This document shows, piece by piece, positions 22,694 to 35,153 of a DNA stretch of 64,000 bases. Below the pieces are notes generated by a model. The model did not search any database and had not been told where the DNA came from. It saw only the letters and a program-made list of their open reading frames with translations. Made by a program: the position numbers and the translations under genes. The DNA lies in assembly GCF_964355755.1 (NCBI RefSeq), contig NC_092672.1, positions 35,966,437 through 36,030,436 of the forward strand, in the 5' to 3' direction. This DNA comes from Antedon mediterranea. Lineage: Eukaryota > Animalia > Echinodermata. Position 1 is the stretch's first letter. The number at the start of each line of letters is the position of its first letter.

Positions 22694-24581
22694 AACCCTT
22701 TGAAGCTAATTAAACACCATGTATTATTTGGTAATTTTCTGTCTGCTGCCCTCTATTCCAGATACAATCATTCTTTCTATTCAGTCTATTATAGTCCATC
22801 TCTTTGTACTGCAATTCCTAAGGGAATAAATATACAAGTTTCCAGCTTTAAATGGAAGTGTATTACTACTGTCAATTATTGATTGACATTTGGATTCTTG
22901 TATCGAGTGTTGTCGTCAATTTATAGCAATAATTGTTCTTGCGTTTGTAAATTGCAACTTTTGTTGTCGTTAAAGATGTATTGGTCCAGAAGCAATAAAA
23001 TTAAAAATATTAAAATACGAAGATGAGATTATTTAGAAGAATGGTGAACTTTCCTCATTTTATATAACAAATGCCATCTTACAAATATCAAATAATGCTA
23101 TTTACTGATTTCAGATTCTTTTTTATATTTCTTATTTTGTTTGTTTTGTTGGCCTAATATTAGATCAAAATACTAATACAGTATGATGCCCTATTTGGTA
23201 ATAATTATAATTTATTTGGAAGCTACACTTTTGAATGAAGGTATGTCCAGAGTAAGTAAAATAAAAGTTAGAGAAAAAATCATTTAAAAATAGGCCTATT
23301 TACAAGGAAACTTAAACTAAATTATGTACAAAATAAAAAAATCATTTTCATTGTTGATTTCCCTTCTCTTTTTCTATGCCCGTTTGGTGAAACCTTTTCA
23401 AAATGTTTGGTCTATTGTACCATTATTAAATTGGTTCATTTTAATATTATATTCAAATACTTCAGTAACATTAGAAAATGTTGCCCTGCGTGGTATATAA
23501 TGTTTTAAACCTTGACAGAAATTAAGCGCCATAAAAATGTTAGGTTGAAATATTTACTGGTGTAGTATTGAATGAGCACTAGATACCTAACAGGTCTCCA
23601 CCACTTGTTATTGAATTTAACCTAATTTTAATTGCACACTATGCAAGTATTTACCTTGGTTGTCGTCATTGGTATCAATAATAATCATGATGAAGTACAT
23701 TAGGTGAAGGTTATGTATAGTGTAACATATCCAGCCTCGTTGTTCAACCCCTCGCCTGAGTAAACACGCAGACAAGGAAGGGAGAGTACGCCAGGAATGC
23801 ATCGAAACGCCTCAGGCTTCTTGGAGCCGAAAAACCAACACGGCATTGATTAGGAATTCGACACAATCGCTTGTCACACCTTTGACGGGTCTTTTAAATG
23901 AAATTACGGCTGGGTTATTGATTGCCATTGTTTAAGCTGTTTGCGAACGTGCTATGACTAGTAGTAATCGATGATATCCAGCCACTGTGGCTGTCTTTCT
24001 TTCAATAAGAATCAGGACTTAATCACTAACTCATTAAAAAATTACTAAACTGGAAATCGTTTCTTAGTTTGCTCGATTGAAATGAGACGATTATACCTCG
24101 TATTAATATATATCTGTGAATTGACGTACATTGTTTAATGTTCCTATAGTGTTATGTCTTTGTGTTTTGATGGTATTTATTTCGTTTTGGCCGAGTCATG
24201 ACATATCACTGCTTATCCCTAGCCCTAGTTCTCTTGTGAAACTAGTCCGGGGTAGTATACAAATTTAATAATATTTGTTCAATGTATTGAGCTCATTCAG
24301 AATGTAACATAATGAGCCATGATTTACATCCATACAATGCGTACTACTTCATATTTTAGAACTCGGAGTTTCAACGTTAAATGCTTTGTAATTTTTATAA
24401 ATCAGAAAGTTTAAAATAAAAACAAAAATGACTTTTATTTGTTGGTTTTTCTCTCCTGTATTGGGATCGGGTAACCCACATTTATTAAAAAAAATTAACT
24501 TCATTTTTAATAATTTTTAATATTATACTAAAGTATACACATACAATAATAATAATACAATATAATTATAAAATGTGGCAC

Positions 24582-25278
24582 TATTTATTTTTTTTTATTT
24601 CATCTTCATCCAACAGCGACCAAAGTCGCCCATAACAGGATTGAATCAATAAATATAATTTATATAAATAATTAATTAAACAACACAATTAGCTAAAATT
24701 ACAGGTGAATCAATACCATAGCAAATTATCATATAGAAAGTAATTAAATAGAAGTAATAGCAACAGTAATCTTACAACGAAAACAATAAATAGTATCACA
24801 AAAAATATCAATAAACGAATAGCAAATAGAATTAAATAATCTAGGAAGACGACAGATCCAACCATCCCTAGTTACATTAACCCTTCCCGATGGAACAAAA
24901 AATAACCCAGGATTTCTTAATCTATAAACAGGAACGGAAAGTTTAAAATAAGAAATAAAGTTACCATCAACAACAGAGTTTATGCATTTATACAAGAAAA
25001 TTAAATCAAATATGTTCCTTCTCTCTTTAAGTAAAGCTAACTCGGGATTTTGACCAAATTTACGGAAATAAAACCTACAAAACTTATTTTGAACACATTG
25101 TAACCTAATAGACTGAGAAGAAGAAATTGAATTAAAAATAACAGAGCAAAACTCAAGATTAGACCGAACTAAATATTTATACATAAGAATCAATGCCTTA
25201 CTATCATTGATATGTCTTCAATGTCTCCAAATGAATCCAAGCAGTCTGTTACTCTTAGCTACAACAATCAACATGTTT
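24582..25278 (-). mobile_element. CR1-like LINE 3' fragment, antisense in a BRIP1 intron
   Basis: ORF 24744-25193 has YKYLVRSNLEFCSVIF..LQCVQ..LKERR..DLIFLYK, typical of the region after a CR1 RT; 3' stem-loop ggcgac/gtcgc and an aaata tail. Confidence 0.85.
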
Positions 25279-25486
25279 ACAAAAATTTAAGGATGGTACT
25301 GTTGAGTTGAATCCCTATGTTATATATTTACTTTATAGTTATGTATGCATAACCTCATAACCATTGTTTGTTTTATAAAATACTCGCCACAATAACGCTA
25401 TTGTTTTATTACACCAATATAAAAAAACAATTTTTTTTGTGATTTATTAAATCAATTATTGACGCAAATGTTTCAAATTTTTTCAG

Positions 25487-25623
25487 GATTTTCATACAAT
25501 TCTTACTGGTGTGAGGAAGACAATGCATGTTATCAGCCGCTATTTTGTTATGAATGTTACAAACAAAATCCACAAACAAAAATGATTGGCGTAAAGAAAG
25601 TCGAAGATTCAAACGCTGGTCAT
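25487..25623 (+). CDS. BRIP1: BRIP1/FANCJ C-terminal exon, GFSYNSYWCEEDNACYQPLFCYECYKQNPQTKMIGVKKVEDSNAGH
   Basis: tttttcag|GA...CAT|gtaagt, phase 1/0; WC..D and CxxC motifs. Confidence 0.8.
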
Positions 25624-25691
25624 GTAAGTACTTTTATTTATTTTTTAGATTAAAATTAATACAAAATTAAAAAAAAGGCAAATTACTGAAA

Positions 25692-25788
25692 AAATGACAA
25701 TACTGTGGGTATCAGTGGTTGGATCTCAATGGAGATACAAAATGACAATGCTGTGGGTATCAGTGTCTGGATATCAATGGAGATACAG
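25692..25788. repeat. 48-bp tandem duplication
   Basis: aatgacaat.ctgtgggtatcagtg..tggat.tcaatggagataca twice. Confidence 0.85.
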
Positions 25789-25878
25789 AATAAAAAGATG
25801 CTAAATCAAAACAACAAAATAAAACAGAAGAAAAGTGCCAATCTTTCGAGAAAAAAACTATTTCTCCATTTAGGCTTA

Positions 25879-26024
25879 AGCTCTGTACAATGTATCACAC
25901 TATCAAACTGACAAAAAAATGTGATGTGCCCATATATGGACATGATGATGTCATATCAATGCCATATTTTGGCATATCGCCACCGTTTTTGGGCACATCA
26001 CACTTTTTTTGTCAAAATAGTTGA
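25879..26024. mobile_element. MITE family A, right end lost
   Basis: left TIR and internal motifs. Confidence 0.8.
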
Positions 26025-26530
26025 TTAATTAATATTTGTAACATGTACATGTAATATTTTGTTCACCTGTTCCAACTAAGTTTGAAGCCATCACATTTCC
26101 AATAGAAATATCCCATTCATATCTCAACAATTCCAACCGCATTATCTATGATTCAATGTTGCCTTCCAGCTGTTGAACTTACCCCCACAGCCCTGCCCCT
26201 TGCAGTCTAACACCTGTTGTAGGCCTGGTCTATGAAAGACTTAATCATATTCAGCCTTAGTGGCTTGTTTCGCGGTATCATCAAAGCGAATTAACACGTT
26301 AATCAATTAGAATAGATTTGTTAATTAACCCTCATCATTTTATCTAATTAGAATTTCTAATCTGCTTATTGTACTTTCTGAATTACAGTCTGTTAGCTCA
26401 GTAGCTCTTTTTGTATTTTATACAAATGTAAATTTATATATTTAATTGTAGAGTTTTAGTTAGCTTTAAATCTCAAGGTTCGAGGTATAGTCCTGACCTG
26501 ATCAAGTGTTGTACTTACGATCAACTGTTA

Positions 26531-26666
26531 AGCTTTGTTTACACTATCAAACTAGTTTGACATAAAAAGTTTGATGTACCCAAATATGGTATATGATATG
26601 ATGTCATCGTGCCCATGGGCACATCTTTTTTTTTTTGTCACATAAGTTTAATAGTGTAGACAGAAT
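26531..26666. mobile_element. MITE family A
   Basis: degenerate TIRs. Confidence 0.8.
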
Positions 26667-26874
26667 TAAAACAACACTACTACCTACATTTTGGCGCAAC
26701 GTAACCACCTGTAACCACAAGCGACAGTTCACATGATTCACTGTGTCATGATTGGTCAAATTACTTGCGTCGGGCTTACATATAAAGTGGGAACCAAGCT
26801 TAAGCTTCATATGAGACTTAGTTCATCCGTTCCGTAATGTCCAAATTCAACTTACTTTTGGACTGCGAATACAT

Positions 26875-27290
26875 TTTTTTTATTTATTTATTTATTTTAT
26901 TTTTATTTTAACCATATTTAATGAGGGTGATCCATCCAGCATTTGCTGATCATTTGGGACCCTCAGAACAGATACAATATACAAAAAACAACAGATACAA
27001 TATACAAAACAAGAACAGAAAAGTAAAAGAAAAACCAAAAAAATATAATTAATTACATAAGACTAAAAATCCTTGACAAATAGAAAATAACAGATATGTT
27101 AAATTAAGCAAAATATAAAATATATATATATATAAATAAAAATTTAGATCTACTATTTTACAATTAAAATCTGGAAAAGGATTACATAGTTTTGAGAAAA
27201 GTCATAAGTCTAGTTTTGAAAGAGGAAAAGCACCACCACCCAAGAAACCTTTAAATATCTGAAACTTGTTACCAGCTGATCCTCTAGATA
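26875..27290 (-). mobile_element. LINE-like 3' end (same family as 3430-3522)
   Basis: minus strand ends an ORF as SFKTRLMTFLKTM*, then the shared stem-loop and an (aaat)n tail. Confidence 0.6.
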
Positions 27291-28130
27291 CACCTTAAAT
27301 AATTATTTCTAATATTCTATCAAATAATCTATAAATAAAACAAGAAAATAAAAATTTTCACATTTATTACCATCTCAACTTGGTCATCAAAAATAATAGG
27401 CCTAATAGATTTGTACATTTGTACAAATTATGTGCTGTATGAGCTGTATTTCTTTATTGTATACATGTTTATTTTTCTTTATTCAACAAACACTTCATTA
27501 TTATTTATACAATTATTATTTTATTACAATATTTAAATGCTTTTAACAATAATACCGAAGTAAGAAACACGGTATAATTTACTGACACAAAAGATGATGT
27601 TTTAATAAAGTCTGTATTACTGGTGAAAAGTTATTAGCTGGCGAGAGTATTGATCATAACTTACTCTCCATTTGTGTGAAAAATAAAATAATAGTGTTAG
27701 CAATTTCATAAAGAAATTATATTGCAATAATCTTTAATGAATATTTTATGAATTTATAGAAGAAAAAAACGATGCAAGTGACTAAAGTAATAGAGTCAAT
27801 TATTGTGCGTGCTAATTGGCTTATATATGTTTGTAATATCGTCGTATTTGGATTTTTTACGTCTTTGTTATTGGCTTACGCCTGTCACTTATTGATGTTT
27901 TTATATGGAACTTATTAGCGATAGTGGATTTTGGTTTTCTTTCCTTTATTCGTATATTTATATTGGTCTTGGATAATTTGGGTACAATATTAAAATTGGT
28001 ATTAAATGTCCAATAAAATATTGTACATGTGTGCATGAAGTATTGTTCATCATTTTTTGTTGGATTATTAGTTTAGTGAATGACATGTAGTGTTAATGTA
28101 ACAGTTTAATACTCTCTGATACTGTATAAC

Positions 28131-28157
28131 CATGGACCTATAATTTATAGGTCCGTG
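28131..28157. mobile_element. 27-bp TIR-only copy of the same P-like element
   Basis: catggacctataatttataggtccgtg flanked by gtataac / atataac. Confidence 0.6.
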
Positions 28158-28643
28158 ATATAACTATGGTTTGATTCCCTTAAAAAACATTTACAAGAAA
28201 AAATTAAAAACAGGGAAAAATTTTATTTATAAATTTTGTTTAGCAAAATTGCTAATCAAACTGATTTTTGAGTCGAGAAACATATTTTTGTATTGTATTT
28301 TTTGCTACACAATTTTTAAAATGTGTAGCATTAAGGTTGTTTTATATAGCTTTTTGCTATGCTGCACTGGCGAAATTATTCCCTGAAAAACAATTATTGG
28401 TGTATGAAATTATTTTATTTTCCATCATATTTATCTAAAGCACTGTCTACACTATCAAACACTATTAAATTTTCTAAAATTATTTAAACAATCTTTTTGT
28501 TTATTCTTAATGTTTGTGACTTATATTAATAAATAATTTAATTACTAATAACTAATTTATTAAAATAACCACTAACATTATTTTCCATCTTTGTTCGCAT
28601 TTTCATTCACATATTCTTTTTTTTCTTCTTTTATTCATTATAG

Positions 28644-28715
28644 ATATGGTTGTTCACCAAACATCTTAATTTCTGTCAAAATGTTGTGCAAGAGTTGTCC
28701 AGTCACTTTTCTTAA
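28644..28715 (+). CDS. BRIP1: BRIP1/FANCJ terminal coding exon, IWLFTKHLNFCQNVVQELSSHFS*
   Basis: long pyrimidine tract then tag|ATA TGG, phase 0; TAA at 28713-28715. Confidence 0.68.
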   Translation: MWLFTKHLNFCQNVVQELSSHFS

Positions 28716-28739
28716 CTAACAACTTCACAAATGCAGTTG

Positions 28740-28879
28740 CATCTGCCTACACTATCAAACTAGTTTGACAAAAAAAGTGTGATGTGCCCAAATATGGTAG
28801 TGATATGCTTAGATATGGTAGTGATATAAAATCATTGTGTCCACACATCATATTGAAGTTTGATAGTGTAGACAGAGCT
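28740..28879. mobile_element. MITE family A in the putative BRIP1 3' UTR
   Basis: TIRs; starts ~25 bp after the stop codon. Confidence 0.8.
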
Positions 28880-28946
28880 TTACACTACTAAATGTTTGTT
28901 TTGCAACTGTTTTGAGATGGTTATGGATGTTGTTTAGAGATTACAA

Positions 28947-29093
28947 GACTCTGTCTACACTATAAAACTATAGTATGATGTGCCCAAATACGGTAATGAT
29001 GTGTCCAAATATGGTAGTGATATGACATCATCATGTCCATATGGGCACATCACATTTTTTTGTCACATTAAGTTTGATAGTGTAGAGAGACCC
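28947..29093. mobile_element. MITE family A in the putative BRIP1 3' UTR
   Basis: TIRs and internal repeats. Confidence 0.8.
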
Positions 29094-29597
29094 TAACATA
29101 ACACGTTCCTCAAATAGACCTCTGTTTCTCTACAAAGTGGCAATCTCCAAGTGGTTCTATAAGTGGTAGGCTAGGCTTTAGTTAAACGACCTGTTATGCT
29201 ATTTTTAGATTTTATTAAGCTCGATTATCAAAGTCTGATGAGAAATTCATAACAGTGAGTTGGTTTTTGTTACACTGGTCCTTAAATGAGGAACCAACAA
29301 CCATTCAGACTTCTAACTTGAGATAATAATTGGATTAGTTGTAAATACAAATGTATAGTTTACTATTAATATTTGACCAATAATAATTTACCTCACTAAA
29401 ACTCTCCACTGGAACAATTAAAAAAAGTATGAACATTTAAAGTACTATTGCCGCCATTTTATACGTCTTTTTGTACTTTTGATGAGACGAAGCAGTGATA
29501 TATTCAAACTGTTTGAAATTCAATGATGTTTTTTATAAAGTAAATTTGATATATTATAGTATGGTTATTAAATGTATTGATTTATTGTAATAATACT

Positions 29598-29603
29598 AAT
29601 AAA
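29598..29603 (+). promoter_or_regulatory. candidate polyadenylation signal of BRIP1
   Basis: AATAAA ~880 bp after the stop, followed by T/GT-rich sequence; weak evidence in AT-rich DNA. Confidence 0.3.
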
Positions 29604-30747
29604 TGTATTTATACAGTTTTTGATCTACCGTATATACTTCTTTAAATACAATCTTTGATAAAAAAAAAAAAAAGTAATGCTAATAACAGATTAGTGTGTT
29701 TTGTAGGCGCTGAGTTCATATGTACTGAATCCGAACGGAATACATTTAAATGTTTTTGTTTCTCTTTTCATTTTTCCACGTCCCTCATTCCGGCCGCTGA
29801 CCACAGGAGGGTTAATTTATTCATTTATTCCATATCATTTTTTTTATTAATTTTTTTCTGCTATATAAAATACAAAGAAAGACAAAACAAATATAAAAGG
29901 CAAGGAAAGACCAAACAGGTGCTAAACACCTATGCTAGTTGGTGAACCCAGAACAGTGCACAGAAATAAACCAAACAAAGAAATGTACGTTTTACAATTA
30001 AAGCATCTACAAGAAAGCGACCAACTACACACATTTTTTTTTTGGTTGAGAACGGCCAGCGTCACCCAAATATTAGCTATGGTTATAAGGAGACACAAAC
30101 CCATACCCAAATAGATCACATATACTGTAAGCATTTTATATATATACAATACAATTATACATATATATACAATGCTTTTTATTTATCCCAATGGATACCG
30201 TAAAACAACATGGCTAGCACGAATTAATGTGAGTTTATCATCATACGCTGTTTTATATCAAATATTCCGAGGTTAAAATAACAATATAATATGTTTTAAA
30301 AGAATAAGTATATCACATTGACTAATATAAGTGCTATATTGTCCTGTCGAAAGTGCAAATAATTAATGCTAGTATTATTGTAAATTGAAGGCCCTTGTAC
30401 ACGTATTGTTCGCGATTAATTTTGAGAAGGAGTATAATATACCTTTTAATATATCTATTGTAATGATGATAATATAGCTCGCATTACCGTCAAAATAACT
30501 ACAAATGATGGACTATTTACTAAAGATAATTGTCTGAAAAAGTGCTTAGCTAGGTAATAAATATGCCACTAAAATCTTGTAAGTGCTATCAATTCGAAAA
30601 TGTTCAACTATAAACTGTTGATGATTAAAGAAAGGTAAGAGAGACGAGCCGTCAGTTATATCATTAATTGTCAATCATTAATATATATATATACTTATAA
30701 CTAGCTGATCGTAATTGGTGATACTAATCGAATGCCAAATAATATAA

Positions 30748-31212
30748 AGCTCTGTCCACACTATTAAACTAGTTTGCCCAAATATGGTAAAGATATGACA
30801 TCATCATGTCCATATATGGGCACATCACATTTGTTGTCAATCATTAATATTATTATATATATTTATAACCAGGTAATCGTAATTGCGGATACTAATCGAA
30901 TGCCAAATAATATAAAGCTCTGTCCACACTATCAAACTAGTTTGACAAAAAATGTGTGATGTGCCTAAATATGACGTCATTATGTCCATATTTGGGCACA
31001 TAACATTTTTTGTCACATAAAGTTTGATACTGTAGACAGAGTTTGACGCGTACAACGCGTATGGTGTTAAACTTGTATGTGAAAAAAAAAGTGATGTGCT
31101 TAAATAGGGACATGATGATGTCATATCATTGCCGTATTTGGGCATATCACTACCTGATTTAGGAACATCACATACTTTTGTCAAACTAGTTTGATAGAGT
31201 GTAGACAGAGCT
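30748..31212. mobile_element. cluster of three MITE family A copies (30748-30839, 30916-31043, 31068-31212)
   Basis: first two share a duplicated left flank; third is in the opposite internal orientation. Confidence 0.8.
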
Positions 31213-31721
31213 TTAGATGTAGGAAGAGAAGAAACTGGACTTTGCTAATGTTTTTTGTTTAGAAGAAAAACAATTGGCCATCATGCCATTGGGTGGGGTT
31301 TTGAAGCTTTTCATTTTTATTTTATTTGTTTAATTCGACACAACAAAAATTACAGAAAAATACAAAGCAAACAAAATGCTAAAGATTGTCAGAAACAAAC
31401 TAAATCATTATTTGAAGACTTTCCTTTAACAGAAATGCAAATATAAAAGATAATTTTGAATAATTTAAAGAGATAACAATTTAGAAACGATGACGTAAGA
31501 TATACACATATTGTGTCGTTTATATCGTGGACCTGAATGCGCCAAACCTGTGTCGAGGAATCGGAGGGAAACACGTCCCGATTCCCCGCATGGGTTTTTT
31601 TAGGCACAAGGTCATATTATGACCTTTGTTCTGCTCCAATGACTTGAAAACTTGTGGCCAATCAGGGAAGAGTGTGAGTGTTACTTTCATTCTTTAAATA
31701 GATTACAACAATGTAATCTTA

Positions 31722-31882
31722 AGCTCTGTCTACACTATTAAACTAGTTTAACAAAAAAATACTCAAATATGGTAGTGATATGTCCAAATATGATAGTAAT
31801 ATGTCCAAATATGGTAGTGATATGATATCATCATGTCCATATATGGGCACATCACATAAAGTTTGATAGTGTAGGCAGAGCT
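31722..31882. mobile_element. MITE family A with three internal 21-bp units
   Basis: TTA TSD; caaatatggtagtgatatgtc repeated three times. Confidence 0.85.
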
Positions 31883-32629
31883 TTACCGTTTACATCATGT
31901 TTTTTTATATAACGTTGAACATTCACGGTTATAATATCAATTTGTTCCCAATAATAAATTTAAACAAAATCAATTTGTCTGAATGCGTATTCATTTTAAC
32001 CAGTTTATTTTCTTTCTCCGGCTTATTTGACTAAACATTTACATTCGATGCAAATCAGATTGGTAATTAGTATATTTGAGGCAGAATAATACAAACTAGT
32101 TAATTCAAAGTATTGCTGATTGTTTTTATCGACGTTCCCCTGGGGGCGGACTACTTTACTTTCATTAAGATGAGACGGGAACGTGTCATTTTAATCGCCA
32201 AGCAATCCGAAATGAATTACTGACGACGGCCCCTATTTAATAAAGTGATTCCAAAACTGATGCGTAATCAATCGTATAAATAGCCTAAAAAGCCTTCGTT
32301 GGAGTGACATAAAGAATACATTTTGATATTTGCGTTGAAATGTTGATATTGTGGTACGGCTTTTGTACGCGTTTGCGCGTCAACAATGCTTTCATTTTGG
32401 CTCCGCCACTTTATATATTAAAATGGAAAACGAAAATAAAATGCGCTCAACACAAATTTTCTTCTTTCGTTAAATAATACGACTTATTATGCAAATATGA
32501 ACAGATAATTTAATTTCTTATTTCATTCGATTTTTCATAATAATTTGAGCACTGTACTTGTAACTGTCCAAACCCCCAAACATATGACTATGTGCGCATA
32601 TATGTGCGCATGTATTGCGACGTATTCTA

Positions 32630-32771
32630 AAACTCTACTATCAAACTAGTTATCAAAAAAACTGTGATGTGCCCAAATATTGTAGTGATATACCCAAATA
32701 TAGTAGTGATATGACATCATCATGTCCGTATATTGGCACAGCACATAAAGTTTGGTAGTGTAGACAGAGCT
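32630..32771. mobile_element. MITE family A
   Basis: right TIR intact, left TIR degenerate. Confidence 0.8.
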
Positions 32772-34504
32772 TTAGTTGTGTGTGTGACCTAGCTCCCCGT
32801 TATCACATAACATAACTGCGTCACATGCACGCTAACCAACATGCTCTATACTTATCTGTAAAGCAAATCATTTTGAATGTGAACCGGTTTGACCATTATT
32901 AAAATCGACACACAGATTTCCAAAGGTGCCCCATCTAGTCGCTAAGTAGCAGTAATCAGGGAGATTGTTACATTTTAAGTGCGTCTATATTTCTGGTAAT
33001 TATCTCTCCGTTCGGTCATTTATCATATCTCTTAGCGATGAATTAGTCAAAGACGTTTTAAACCTGTCAGATTCAGCGTAACATGTAGGAGAATATTTTT
33101 TTATTCCCTAGCTCTAAGCCGCCTCTTCATCCTCGATCGCATTCTAGTAATTACAAACACAAGAATAAAACAAGAATAAATCTCCTTGATACAAGTGATT
33201 TATGTACTGCGGGAGAGAAACAAAAATCGCACGTTCGTCTGCTGTCCACACGAATAGCGACACTGTCCTATAAGTCCATCGCGCTTATAATATTTAGCTG
33301 TAAATACTGAACCATCAATATCGATCAGGTTTTCTCTGGCTGGCGCGTCAGCGAAAAGACTCACATAATCGACGCGCGCGTACTAAATGCGGTATCAGTA
33401 TTTGAGCGCACACACACATTCTGACGCGATGTGAGTTATCATTTTGTTACACTTAGGCTGTAAACTTATAAATATAATCGGTCACAAATCCATATACTGT
33501 AATATTATTTATCGTATAACTTTAGAAAAACCCCAATTGGTTATCAATTACATCAATTGCTTTTTTTTAATCTTTAATATTTTATACATTTAATTGATAC
33601 TTTGACCTTGTTTAGGATGTGTTATCGGTTAATTTCATCAATTTTTACATCGCATTTAAAATGATTTTGTTTTTGTTATTGTGTCGAACTTAATGCATTG
33701 TATTTATGATTAAATCACGACTTCTAATTGATAAGTACAACGATAAAGTTGTGTTTGTAAGTCAATTGAGTCGCTTGTGACTGCAGTATGTTAGACATCT
33801 ATACAAGCGTCAAGTGATACTTGAGTTCTATCGCTAGGCTCTGAAAATCACTTAACGTTATTGTTAACCGATTAAGAAGGATCACAGGTTTGTGAAGTCA
33901 CAATATGAGAGCCGATAAAGAATAGACTTAAAATAAGACGATGAAATAAAAGGTTGTTGTGTTGTAGGTGTTGCGTGACTCGCGTATTACGACGCTTCGA
34001 GTGCTACGCACAAAATATCAATGGACTGGATAACTAAGTGATTTACATCGTGAGTGTCAACTGAAGTGTATCTTGTCAGTTCCGCTTACTACTTCGACCC
34101 ACTTCATTTCAAACATTTTCTTTAATGTTGTCTGCACGTTTTTTTCCGCGCCGACAGAGCGTCTTCGTTTTGTGTTGTTTGTGTAGATATTGTTTATAGT
34201 TCTTGTAAACGTAACGAGGATTTGTAGGTAAGCTGGACACGATTTTCACGTGTCGTGTCTACAGACTTACGTACATGACTTCTTTTCATGTTGATCATTT
34301 TCTAGCATTTCTTGCCTTTTCAGTGTATTTGTGTTAATTATACTTGATTCCAAGCACGGACTTGTATGTATATATAACCATACTTAACTAGGCCTATGCG
34401 TTACTGCCTACATCGTTTGACCAACATGCCGACGCACAGTTGCTACGTGTTGACGCTTGTACTTGGCGCCCACTTTAGGACGCAAAACAAGGACGTACGC
34501 GTAA

Positions 34505-34643
34505 AGCTCTGTCTACACTATCAAACGATCGACGAAAAAATGTCATGTGCCCATATGTGGACACGACGATGTCATACCACTACCATATTTGGGCACACCA
34601 AACCTTTTTTTGTCAAACTAGTTTCATAGTGTTAGACAGAGCT
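34505..34643. mobile_element. MITE family A
   Basis: both TIRs. Confidence 0.8.
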
Positions 34644-35153
34644 TTACAGATTTAATTTGACGAATCACAAGTGAGGAACGAATTATCTTTATATAACGCT
34701 CCATTATATACAGTTCAAATTGCGAATGCATATTTATTTATATAAACATTTGACATTAAAATTAAGTTAAAGGATATAGGCCTAATGCATTATGAATGCA
34801 ATTTTATTCTTACTTATTGGTATTTATCATATAAATAAGTATTATTTTATGTTCAATATTATCAACTTGCGAGTACGCAGTATCGCGTCCATTTTTCTAC
34901 ACAACACTTATTAATAACAACAAAAAAGTAAAGAAAAATGATTTTACAGTTCAAAAATTCATATTAAGTGGTGTATTTGAGGTCATGTATTTCATTGCCC
35001 AGCATCGATAATTTTAATTTACTCTTTTCAATTCTAATCGTTACGTGTATCGTATTATAACAATTTATTTACATACAAATTCTAAATCGGTTTTTCACGC
35101 GTGGCACTAGATTTTACACGGGTCATGTCGGTAAAGGTGACTTGCTGTCCGCG

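Noticed and set aside
30774-31184. Short ORFs with MPKYG..MTSSCPY (also in 34396-34629, 48086-48298 and 60552-60737)
   Set aside because: Translations of MITE family A sequence.
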